A stretch of 42,358 bases of DNA from a virus (lineage: Duplodnaviria; Caudoviricetes). Under the pieces are notes generated by a model that was not told the DNA's origin, made no database searches, and saw only the letters and a program-made list of their open reading frames with translations. The number at the start of each line of letters is the position of its first letter. Position 1 is the first letter of the stretch. The stretch lies in the IMG/VR virus record IMGVR_UViG_3300025723_000074, positions 1-42,358 of that record; one strand, 5' to 3'. The position numbers were made by a program, and so were the translations under genes. Positions 16,614 to 29,000 of the stretch are shown in pieces.

Positions 16614-19600
16614 ATGGTAACAAGTTCACGGCAGGCTGCATTATTTGGTCTAAATGATTGGCAAACCTTATACCAGACATATCAACAAGCAGACTTCAAG
16701 AGCTATGACTACGAGACCCTTCGTAAGTCATTCATCGATTATCTTCGCCTATATTATCCAGAAACATTCAACGACTTTACAGAGTCAAGCGAATATATTG
16801 CGCTGCTAGATGTTATCGCATTCATGGGCCAAGGTCTGGCATTCCGCGCAGACTTGAATGCCCGTGAGAACTTTATCGATACTGCACAGCGCCGTGATAG
16901 TGTTATCAAGTTAGCCAACCTAGTAAGCTATACACCAAAGAGGAATCTTGCTGGTCAAGGATATCTCAAGGTCACTAGTCTATCTACGACACAGAATATC
17001 AATGATATGAACGGCATGAACCTCAGCAACCAGACAGTGTTGTGGAATGATCCGGCAAATGCTAACTGGTTAAATCAGATGAATACCATCTGGAATGCTG
17101 CACTCGTTCCTGCACAGCGTATCGGTCAACCTGGGCACAGCGCAAATGTTCTAGGCGTAGATACCAGCGAATATGCTATACAGATCGCGCCCAATGCACT
17201 CTCAATCGTTCCCTTCTCTTCCACTATCAATGGTCAGAATATGAATTTCGAATTGGTCAGCGTGACTAGTGCAGGTAAAGATTATATCTATGAGATTCCT
17301 CCTGCACCTATCGGACAATTCAATATGCTATATCGTAATGATAAGTTGGGTTTCGGTAGTCCTAATACAGGATATTTCTTCTACTTCAAGCAAGGAAGCC
17401 TGCAGACCTATGACTTCTCGCTGCAGCAGCAGATTTCGAACCAGGTTATACCTATCGGTGCTATTCAAGGTATCAATAATACTGATACATGGCTAAATCA
17501 AATCAACACCGACGGTACTCGTACACCTTGGGTACAAGTCCCTAACGTATATTCGAACTCATATCTACAGACTGAAAGCAGCGGCAAAAAGATTTTCGCA
17601 GTCAATTCTGGCTTCAATGATACAGTATCATATGTATTTGGTGACGGTGTATTCTCTGAAGTCCCAGTAGGAAACTTCCGCGCTTATGTACGTGCGGGTA
17701 ATGCGCTCACATATACTATCGATCCTAATGAGATGAATGGCATCGCAGTCTCTATCACTTATTATGATAGGACCGGAAGAGCACAGACGCTCACTATCGG
17801 ATTGGCATTGTCTCAAGTCGTATCCAACGCACAAGCTCGCGAGACGCTAGACGAGATCAAGTTACGCGCACCTACTCGTTATTATACACAGAACAGAATG
17901 GTAAACGGTGAGGATTATAATAACTTTCCATACACGCTCTATAGTTCTATCGTAAAGAGCAAGGCATTAAATCGCAGTTCAGTTGGTGTATCTAAGAACT
18001 TAGATTTATTAGATCCTACTGGAAAGTATTCTAGCACAAACTCATTTGGAGACGATGGCGCATTATGGCAAGATGCGACTTCTGGTTTCCTAAATCTTAC
18101 CATCAACAATAATAATGATATCATATCTTTCTTTACAAATCAACTAGCTGCTGCATTAAAGTTGAATAAAGCGAATCAATATTATATTCAGAACTATCCT
18201 AGATATCCCGTTGGTCCATATTCTAGTGATACTGCAGTTGCGGATTCTAATACGAATATAGTATATTGGCAGAGCAGCACAGTAGATACTGGTTCTGAAA
18301 CTGGCTATGTATATAATCAGGTCGGTGCCCTAAAATCACCGGTAAGTGTTGGTATATATAACTCTGATAATCTAAAATATCTCACCGCAGGTGCGCTGTG
18401 TAAGTTTGTCGCTCCAGCAGGTTTCTACTTCGATCAGAATAATAGATTGCAAACAGGAATTCCGGGTCCCGGTGGTTCTACTTATGTTTGGACAACTGTA
18501 TTATCTGTTGCAGGTGACGGTAGCAACTCTGGTCAAGGTAGTTTCGCCAATGGTACTGGTCCGATAAAGATCAATGGATATATTCCTTCAGGTTCTATTC
18601 TAGCTGAAATAATCCCAGTATTCGATAATGTGTTCTCATCTACCCTGATTCAAGAAGCACAGATACGTATGGATTTGCAACAGAGTTTCAGCCTAGTATT
18701 CAATAATGCATTGCTGATAAATCAAGAGAGATGGAGTATCTCTTCATATGACGATCCCGCTGCCTTTGTATATTTCGCGAGCCAGCAGAATAGCAATGTT
18801 TATACTATAACCTATCGTTCACTAGTATATCATTTCGGTTCAGTCGCAGAGACTAGATTTATCTTTAACAGCGATCAGATCATTTATGACACCTTCTCCG
18901 GAACTGTTATTCACGATTATATCAATATCCTCCCCATCAATACTCAGTATGGTTCTGCACAACCATTGGGTAAGAGTTATGTATTGAATACTGTTGGTCA
19001 GTCAGTTCAACCAGACGGATATGCAAATCAGTTTCAAATCGAAGTGTCTGCCACGGATGTCAACAATCAACAGTTAATATTGAATCCAGATTTCTTCTCG
19101 GAGATAACTGGTTATGTAGATGGTGGAACCAATATCGGAATCTATACATTCTTCGAAACAGTTGTAGATCCTGTCACTAATCTATCAGTTACCCAGATCG
19201 TACCTTCTACAGATGTCGTATATGCTTATTCGAATACTACACAGATCGAAACAGTGAAATATGATTATCCTGTAGGACAGTTGTTCTATGCTTATAATCA
19301 AGCATTTCCTGATGGTACTGTTGGTGGCTTCTATATGACAGTGCAAGATCCAACTGTGGTTACTCCAGCATATAATCTAGTATTACAGACAAGATATGCA
19401 GTACTATCTGGTAGACAGGGCCTATCATATCAATATCGTCATAACTCAAATAATACAAATCGCATCGATCCGGTCGTCACGAATATTATCGATCTATATG
19501 TTCTGACACAAAGTTACTACACTGCTTACCAGAACTATATACAAGATACAACAAATACTATTCCGGAACCATCAGTTCCTACAATAGAAGAGTTGAGCCA

Positions 19601-20036
19601 AGATTATAGCCAGGTACAAGATTACAAGATGTTATCAGATGCAGTAGTACTCAATAGCGCGATCTTCAAGCCATTGTTCGGTGCTAAAGCAGAGCCTGCA
19701 CTGCAGGCTACATTTAATGTTGTGCCCGTGTCAAATACAAACTATAGTAATAATCAGATCATCAGTGCAGTATTGACTGCTATCAATGGTTATTTCGATA
19801 TCAATAACTGGAATTTCGGACAGACTTTCTATTTCTCAGAGTTGAGCGCATATCTACACGATCAATGCAGCGAGTTTATCAGTTCAGTCGTGCTGGTACC
19901 GAATGATCCAACTAAGCCTTTCGGTTATCTTTATGAGATAGCTTGTCTACCGTACGAAATCTTTGCGAATGCAGCAACTGCAGCCAATATTATTGTAGTC
20001 CCTGCACTCACCCCTTCTGTTCTACAAACGAAATAG
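16614..20036 (+). CDS. gp6: Baseplate wedge subunit gp6-like (baseplate J family)
   Basis: DFKSYDYETLR, ENFIDTAQRRDSVIKLANLVSYTPKR, VFGDGVF, ETLDEIKLRAP...QNRMVNGEDY, FGQTFYFSEL. Follows gp25. Confidence 0.88.
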   Translation: MVTSSRQAALFGLNDWQTLYQTYQQADFKSYDYETLRKSFIDYLRLYYPETFNDFTESSEYIALLDVIAFMGQGLAFRADLNARENFIDTAQRRDSVIKLANLVSYTPKRNLAGQGYLKVTSLSTTQNINDMNGMNLSNQTVLWNDPANANWLNQMNTIWNAALVPAQRIGQPGHSANVLGVDTSEYAIQIAPNALSIVPFSSTINGQNMNFELVSVTSAGKDYIYEIPPAPIGQFNMLYRNDKLGFGSPNTGYFFYFKQGSLQTYDFSLQQQISNQVIPIGAIQGINNTDTWLNQINTDGTRTPWVQVPNVYSNSYLQTESSGKKIFAVNSGFNDTVSYVFGDGVFSEVPVGNFRAYVRAGNALTYTIDPNEMNGIAVSITYYDRTGRAQTLTIGLALSQVVSNAQARETLDEIKLRAPTRYYTQNRMVNGEDYNNFPYTLYSSIVKSKALNRSSVGVSKNLDLLDPTGKYSSTNSFGDDGALWQDATSGFLNLTINNNNDIISFFTNQLAAALKLNKANQYYIQNYPRYPVGPYSSDTAVADSNTNIVYWQSSTVDTGSETGYVYNQVGALKSPVSVGIYNSDNLKYLTAGALCKFVAPAGFYFDQNNRLQTGIPGPGGSTYVWTTVLSVAGDGSNSGQGSFANGTGPIKINGYIPSGSILAEIIPVFDNVFSSTLIQEAQIRMDLQQSFSLVFNNALLINQERWSISSYDDPAAFVYFASQQNSNVYTITYRSLVYHFGSVAETRFIFNSDQIIYDTFSGTVIHDYINILPINTQYGSAQPLGKSYVLNTVGQSVQPDGYANQFQIEVSATDVNNQQLILNPDFFSEITGYVDGGTNIGIYTFFETVVDPVTNLSVTQIVPSTDVVYAYSNTTQIETVKYDYPVGQLFYAYNQAFPDGTVGGFYMTVQDPTVVTPAYNLVLQTRYAVLSGRQGLSYQYRHNSNNTNRIDPVVTNIIDLYVLTQSYYTAYQNYIQDTTNTIPEPSVPTIEELSQDYSQVQDYKMLSDAVVLNSAIFKPLFGAKAEPALQATFNVVPVSNTNYSNNQIISAVLTAINGYFDINNWNFGQTFYFSELSAYLHDQCSEFISSVVLVPNDPTKPFGYLYEIACLPYEIFANAATAANIIVVPALTPSVLQTK

Positions 20037-20047
20037 GATAAGGAAAT

Positions 20048-23000
20048 ATGGCCGGAAATACTAATACGACTATCATCAGGACGCTATCGTTCCTACCGGA
20101 GATATTCCAGACTCCATCTAACTCACAGTTCTTGCAAGCTTCTCTAGACCAGCTGGTAAATCCTCCTATCGCTAGCAAAATACAAGGTTATATCGGTAGC
20201 AAGTTTGGATATGGTGTCAATGCCAATGACTATTATGTAACAGAACCTACCAAGACCCGCCGTGATTATCAACTAGATCCGGGCGTAATCTTTACTGCTC
20301 CCGCGGATTCCGCCACCGTTCCAGCAGGCACTGCTGTAGATTTTATTTCTTATCCAGGCATCATCGATGCATTGACTATGCAAGGCGGTGTCACGGATGA
20401 TAATAGTGCCCTATTTACAGGTCAGTTTTATTCTTGGGACTCATTTACTGATTTAGATAAACTGATCAACTATAATGAATATTATTGGTTGCCGGATGGT
20501 CCTCCTGCTGTACAAATCGCACCTGCAGCAGTATATACACAGGAATCCTATATCGTCACTCCGCTGACCAATGGTTATCAGATCGCTATTGAGAACCAAG
20601 CAGGTAGTGCTGTTAATCCAGTACTCACATTGATCCGTGGTGGAACATATACCTTCACGGTAGATCAAGCATCTCAGTTCTGGATTCAGACATTGCCAGG
20701 AACTTCAGGCGTGTATCCCACACAACAGAATAGGACTACACGCGATGTTTATGGTGTCATCAACAACGGTGCTGAAGTCGGCGTCGTCACTTTCAATGTA
20801 CCATTAGCCAACGCACAGGATGGATATAATATAACCGGAAATCTAACTGTTGACCTAGTTAGCACGACACCGTTCGCTAATATAAACGGACAGCCGCTAT
20901 CTTCATTTAGTGGAAATATAGATGGAGTCACTTCATTAAATGGATTGACTGTTATGTTCTATGGTACAGGACTTTCCTCTGAAAATCCAACCGGATATGT
21001 TGAGTCAGGATTCGATCAGGTATATGCGAACCAACCAGCACAAGCCGCTAATACTATGGTCGAAAGCGTAGTATATAAGATTGCTACTATCGGTAGTGTT
21101 AACTGGACTAGTTTAGGTCTTTCTGGCTCCCCTGTTATCGGTGGCACATTTACTTATAATGGCGCTGCTGTTACAGGTACTGGCACAGTCACGCTAGTAG
21201 AGATTCCTTATGATACAAATGATCCAGTCATTCAAGCCGTAACACCTCTAACATTTACTGTAGGTAGTACAACTGACACTAGCTTATCATTGATAAACGG
21301 CGGAGACACCAACCAATTTACAGCAAATGCGCTTGTGACTTTCTCTGGTACCACCATCGGCGGCATCGAAGCCGGGCAGTTTTATTATATCGCTGACATA
21401 CTAAGTTCTACAGAGTTTACTGTGTCTAATGTAGCAGGAGGCAGTGCAATATCATTGACACCTGATTCAGGATCAATGACGATCAGTTTCGATAATGTTC
21501 CTCGTCCTCTACAATTTGCAGTCGCCAGCCAAATAAATGACAACACACATTTCATTCTGTCATCCGGCACTACCAATAATATGGCAGTAAATGATACTAT
21601 TACTTTCTCCTCATATAATAATGGTCCTACCTTCGGCGGTGATGCGATCAATTTTGGTCAAGTATATTTTGTCAGCGATATCGTGGATGCAGTAACATTT
21701 GCAATATCAGAGACTCCTGGTGGCGCGATTATCGTTCTTACTGATGGTTCCGGCGCTATGACAGTGAATATAAATCAAGGTCAGCTTGACAATGGATTCA
21801 CGACAACTGTTCGCGACAACTTCTATACTATACAATATGAAGGTGATCCTAAAAATCCCATTATCAGATTATTTCCAGCAGGTGCTATTCCGTTAGATCA
21901 GAAGATCACTCCTAGACTAGGTCACGCTTATAATAATATTCCTTTCTATAGAGATGCAGAAGGCGTTCTACAAGAAGTTCCTGCGATTACTGCTCCGCTG
22001 AATACTCTATATTATCAAGACAGTTCAGTTGCAGATCGTGCCGGAATCATTCAACTAATCGATGCAAATACAGATAATACTATAGATGTACCTACACAAA
22101 TTCTAGGACAGGTAAACTACACATCTCCAAATGGTGTAGCATTTACGAATGGATTAAAAGTTCAGTTTAATGGAAATGTCACGCCGGTAGCATATCTCTC
22201 AGGTGAATATTATGTTCAAGGTGTAGGTACGTCGATAACATTAGTACCAGTAAATGAGTTAGTTGTTCCTGAAAAGTTTACGACAGGCAATTATATTCCA
22301 TGGGATTCGACAGGGTGGGATATCGGTAACTGGGAAGAACAACTGTTTATTCCTGCACAACCAGATTATGTAACTATCGCTAGGGATTCATTGAGCAGGA
22401 ATCCGTGGTCAAGAAGCAATCGTTGGTTCCATATCGATGTCATCAATGCGACTGCGATTTATAATAACGATCCTGCCATCGCTATAACATACGCGACTGC
22501 TAAGAACAAAGCATCTAGACCTATCATCGAATTTTATCCAAATCTAAAGTTGTTCAACTCTGGTATTATCGGGGTCAATCCAGTAGATTTCATCGACACT
22601 CGCACTACTAATGCTATGATGACAGTAGCCGGCGCATTGAACTATTATCCAGATGTGCAGGTATATAGTACTGCGACTGCGACCATTGCCTCTGCAAGTG
22701 CAGCAACTTCTACTACGATTACTGTTTCAGCATCTGCGATTACTGGTAGCCTCGAAAATCTTATGTATATTGCGGATTCATTGAACCAGTTGCCAGCAAA
22801 TACGACGATCACTTCGATCACCGGAACAGATACTTTAACTCTCGCTGTTTCTTGGCCTGAAGCAACAACTATCGCAGGTGGAAGCAATGCATCTATCGTA
22901 GCTAGTGCTGCTAATGTATCTGCCTATGCATTATTCCCTGGTGCCCGCATTATTTTTGCTGCAGATGCGAATCCAAATGTAAGAAACAAGATTTATGTAG

Positions 23001-26000
23001 CTGAGTTCTCTACTATTCAACCATTCGGCGAACCGGTCATCACGCTTACGGTAGCAGAAGATGGCAACTGCATTCCGGAAAATCAGACTGTTGTAACTCG
23101 TGGTTATAACTATCAAGGATTTAGTTTTTGGTATGACGGTATTCACTGGATTCAAGCACAGAATAAGACACAAGTAATCCAGCCACCTCTCTTCGACATA
23201 TTCAACTCTAGCGGCATCAGCTTGAGTGACAAGACTGTATATAATAGCTCATCATTCGTTGGTTCTAAACTGTTCTCTTATGCCATCGGTAGCGGCACAA
23301 AGGATCCTGTATTAGGATTCCCTATCGAATATAGTTCTATCGCGAACTCAGGAGATATCGTATTCGACGTATCACTGAACTCTGATACTTTTACATATGT
23401 TACAGGATCTACACCTGTAACAGAAAATGTAAATATCGGTTATGTCTATAACTATACCTCAGGAACTGACCATGTACGGCAGTTGGGTTGGCAGACTGCT
23501 ATCGCGCCCAGCCAGCAATACCAGATATTCAGCTTCAACTACGATATCACTCAACCTACAACAACTTATATATGTGATGTTCCTGCTCGCGCTGAACCAA
23601 CTGGCATTACTAAATCAGGTTCATTTGTCGCCGGCGCAACATATACCATCACTTTTGTAGGTACGACTGATTTCACATCGTTCGGTGCTGTAGCAAATAT
23701 CGTAGGAGAGACATTTGTCGCGAATAATAACACGACAAGTATCGCTACAATGAACAGTGGTTTCGAATATCAGATCGTGACTTTAGGCAGCACTGATTGG
23801 AACTCTATCGGATACAATGGAACCCCGGTCGCCGGCGGCAAGTTCATCTATAATGGTGCTGCATTGTCTGGTAACGGCACTGTATCAGGAGCAAATGCCG
23901 GTTCAGGCATTGCGAACAGCTTGGGCTGGCCTACTGTTCAGGTTTATGATAATAACATATATCTAAATCCAATAGGTGCGATCACTATCTTTGCTTATAA
24001 GATGGTTTCTGGATTTACTTATAAAATCGCATCATTAGGAATCACTAACTGGACCAGTATCGGTTATGTAGGTACACCTGTTATCGGTGGAACTTTCACA
24101 TATAATGGTAACGCTGTTATCGGTGATGGTACTGTATCTAGCCCGCCATATGTTGTGAATATCGGAACTGATACAACTACTGTATCTCTCGCATATCAGC
24201 CTGCAACAAACACCGTTATTCAAGTATTATTATTGAGTGATCAAGTAAGCCAGACTGCTTATTATAGTATTCCGATCAATCTCATCAATAATCCTTTTAA
24301 TACTGATCCAACGAGCCTTAACTACGGAGATATCAGTAATCAATATCGTGATATTTTCATAAACGCGCCAAATACTATCGGAAATATTTATGGTGCTAAT
24401 AACTATCGCGACTGCGGAAATCTAGTACCTTATGGCACTAAACTGATACAGAACTCTGCTTCTCTGGCATTGCCTGGTGCATTCTTGCGTTCAGCAAGCA
24501 CTAATCTATTCGATGCATTGCAGTTTAATAGCAGGGAATATGTGAACTATAAGCAGTTGATCGTCGCGACTGTGCAGAACACCGATTACGCTCAACGTTT
24601 CACTCCTTCTCAGTTATTGAATGATGCTCTATTGCAGATTACAGCTTCACTTAGCGAAGCTAACTCTTTCTTCTGGTCAGATATGTTGCCTTCTGCGACA
24701 CCATATATTTCCAACACTTATACATTTAATAATGGATTGACCCAATCAATCTATCCTCTGAGCAAGGTGTATAACTTCAGCACCGCAAACTATAACGGAG
24801 TGCTTGTTTATCTATATCGTGTTGTAGATGGTGTCGTGATAGAGAAGCAGTTGACGAGCGGTGTCGATTATGTCGTCAGCACGACTGCTCCTAATCTAAC
24901 GATCACTACTGCTATTCAAGCGGGTGACCAGGTAATCATCAATGAGTTCAACCAGACATATGGTTCTTATGTTCCAAATACTCCAACTAAGTTGGGGCTA
25001 TATCCATCATTCCAACCAGGTGTTGTTCTTGATAAAGATTATCAGACACCGACATATTTTATCAGAGGGCACGATGGTTCCTTCAACAGGCTTTATGGTG
25101 ATTATGATCCAGTAAATGATATATTATTTGACTTCCGCGACCAAGCATTGCTAGAGTTTGAGTTGAGGATCTATAACAATCTAAAGTTGAGCACTACTGT
25201 TCCGGTATCTAAGTATGAAGTCCTTCCTGGATTCTTCCGCACGACTAACTATACTTGGAGTGATTTTATTGATATCTACAGCCCAACGTTCTTGAACTGG
25301 GTAGGACAGAACCGCATCGATTATAAGACACAGTATTTCAATAAGAACGATCCGTTCACTTACAACTATACAAATGCGTCTAATAAACTAGATGGTTCGC
25401 TGATCCAACAGGGTTATTGGAGAGGTATCTATGAGTATTTCTATGATACGACGACTCCAAATGAGACACCTTGGGAGATGTTGGGCTTCACTGATATGCC
25501 CACCTGGTGGACATCTAGATATGGTCCGGCTCCTTATACCAGCGACAACTTTATTCTTTGGAGCGATCTAGAAGCAGGTTATATATGGAACGACGGAAAT
25601 CCATATGTCAATCCGCAGTTGACCCGCCCAGGACTATTGACTGTAATTCCAGTAGATTCCAACGGTGATCTATTGCCTCCGACCTTATCTGTATTGGGTA
25701 ACTATAATGCGACTGCTATACAGAAGGATTGGATTGTAGGCGACGACGGCTCTGCCGAACTCAGCTATCGCCGCAGTTCAACTTATCCTTTCGATCTGAT
25801 GCGTATATTTGCATTGACTAAACCAGCGGAGTTCTTTAATCTAGGTGTCGATCTAGACAACTACAAATATAACAAAGAGTTCAATCAATATCTGGTAAAT
25901 GATCGTAGCCATCTTGTAATATCCGATATAGAAATATATGGTAATGGTACTGCAAAGACCAGCTATATAAACTGGATCGTGGATTATCAGAAGCAACAGG

Positions 26001-29000
26001 GCATCGATGCTACAAATACTATTACTGGATTATTAAACAATCTTGACGTGAGATTGGTATATCGTCTTGCTGGATATAGCGCACAAGAACAGTTGCAGTT
26101 CTTTGTGGAGAAGCCTTCTCCTACAAATATCAACTCTTCTCTATTGATTCCTAATGAGAGTTATAACATTCTACTGTATAATAACCAGCCATTCGATAAG
26201 ATTGTATTCAGCGGTGTTATCGTTCAACAGAATGCAGGTTATTGGACTATATTTGGTAACTCACAGGATATCGCATATTTCGAGATATTGGATCCGAAAT
26301 ATAATGGAAAATACAACAATGTCACTATACTGAACCAAACTGTAAAACTAGCGACCGAATATTATGATACTACGACGCTAATTCCATATGGCACTAAGTT
26401 CTATAATACACAAGACTTATCACAGTTTCTGATGTCATATGGTGCGAAGCTACAGTCTCAAGGAATGATCTTCTCTGATCAATCCGGCGGAATGCCGATC
26501 AACTGGGAGAATATGGTATATGAGTTCTTGTATTGGACTCAGACCGGTTGGACAGATGGCAGCATCATCACACTAAATCCTGCTGCTTCTATCATAGAGA
26601 TCGATCCAGGCACGGCGCTAGTACAACCTCTGACTATCAAAGATCAGAACTTCGTTCTAAATCAGAACTTATATCCTATCAATATGAAGGATCTAGCCAT
26701 CAATCGTGATGGCACCTTATTCACTGCGACTGCGTTGAATACAGGTGACGCCCTGGCATATGGTCAGTTCAATATCAGCAACTTCGAGAATGGCATCGTC
26801 TTCGATAATGTGACTATCTTTAATGATGTCATCTATTCTCTCGTTACCGGAGTCCGTCAGAACCGTATCAATATGCGTGGTACCAAGAGCGCCCAATGGA
26901 ACGGCACGGTCAACGCTTGGGGCTTCATCTATAATCAAACTGATATACAACAGTGGGACGGTACCGCGACCTATACCAAGGGCGAGATCGTGCTCTATAA
27001 GAATAGATATTATGCATCACAGCAGATCGTTCAACCCTCTACAAAGTTCGATCAGACTGCTTGGAAACTTATAAACTATAATCCGTTACAACCTAATCTA
27101 TTAGCCAACCCATCTACTAGAGCATATGAGAGTGTACTCTATTATGATATCTATCAGGCTAACCTGCAACAAGATGCTGATCTACTAGCATTCTCGCTGA
27201 TCGGATATCGTCCTAGAGATTACCTATCCCTGATCGATCTCACTGATGTAGCACAGGTTCAAGTCTATCAGAATATGATCATCAATAAGGGAACGCTGAA
27301 TGCGATCAAAGCATTCAATGGCGCAAATCTTCCGCAAGGTGACATTCAATATACTGTATATGAGAACTGGGCAATCAAGACCGGTGATTACGGCGGAGTA
27401 CTCAATCAGAACTTTGTTGACTTCAGAGTAAATCGTGCTGATATGACCGGCGATCCTTCTATCGTGAGCCTGTCTGACGGAACTTCATCTCCTCCTGCAG
27501 GAACGATGCAAGTCATTCCTACATATAGCCTATATAACTATGGATCAGCACCCACTTCATCAAATATATTGACAACTCTACCGAATAGCGAACCCGCTTC
27601 GACACTATATCCCAGCGCAGGTTATGTAAACTTCAATGATGTAGAGATGTCTGCTTACTTCTATTCTGGTCTTCCGCTAGCAGTGAATGGCAGCGGCACT
27701 GTTGTTCCTATTCAGAACTTCTATGTGGGTCAATATCTATGGTTGGCCAACTTCAAGGAGAGATGGGAAGTATACGGTTGGAACTGCATAGGTCAAGTAA
27801 TCTCTATACAGAACAATCTAAATCAAACTGCTACTGTGACCTTTAATCAACCTCATGGTCTCAAGGCATTGGATCCCCTAGCCATCATAAACTTCGCTAC
27901 TGAAGTAGATGGTTATTATCTAGTTGTTCAGGTTGTGAACCTATATCAAGTAACGATCAATCTTGCTCTGACTTCTAATGCTACTACGGCGCTGCAAGGA
28001 CTAGGTTTAGGTCTAGCATTCGAAACACATCGTGTCGCAAAACCTGCTGAACTCTCGAAGCAAGACCTGATCACAAATGAGTTCATCAACAACTTATACT
28101 GGGTGGATGAGAACACTGATGGCAACTGGGCAGTATACAAGAAGACCATCAACTACAAATATCAAGATCAACTAGAAGTACCTCAATCGGTTGTGCTGGG
28201 CACAGCAGTGGCTTATACCGATAATGTTGGTTATCTTGTCAGCGATCCTGGTTTAGGAAAAGTTTATAGATACACCTTTAATGCACTGAGCAACAAATAT
28301 GATCTAACTGAGACACTCGTGCAAGGCGCGGGATTTGGAACAAAGATTGTCTATACTGGTAATCTATTCTTTATCACTCAGCCAGGCAATTCTACCAGCA
28401 ATGTCTATGTTTATACACTGAATAACACCGTGGCTTCTACCGAGTTGTTATTGGTTCAGACACTGGTTGTTCCTGCATCTGCAAATAGTATCGCAGTATC
28501 AGGAGATGCAAACTGGCTGTACATTTCCGACACTAACAACAACCGTGTGTACAAATACTATAGAGAATATACTCCGTTGAGCAGCGGATACTTTAACGAT
28601 GGCGAGACATATGAGATCACCAGCTTAGGTACCACAGACTTCGTGTCAATCGGCGCACCTGCTAATCAGATCGGAATAGTATTCCAGACCAATCTCTCTA
28701 ATCAGATTTCTGTGACAAATATGATTGCAGGCTGCGTATATGAGATCACTGCTTGGGGCCTTACTACTAACTGGAATGAGATCGGCTATTCAGGCGGTCC
28801 TGCAACAGGCGTGACATTTACTTATAATGGCGCGGCTGCTACAGGGGACGGCATGGTATCAGGTGCAGGATTAGGAACCGGCACTGCTATACAGATTTCA
28901 TACGCACTGTCATCAACAATCGATGGTGCTGCTACAGGCGCAGTATCAGGTGACAAGTTCGGCTATTCATTGTCTACTAACTATGAAGGTGATATCTTGT

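Noticed and set aside
16020-20036. Stop-codon reassignment, as seen in some large phages
   Set aside because: TGA ends gp5 and TAG ends gp6 at sensible boundaries followed by a promoter or RBS, and very long ORFs are intact under the standard code.
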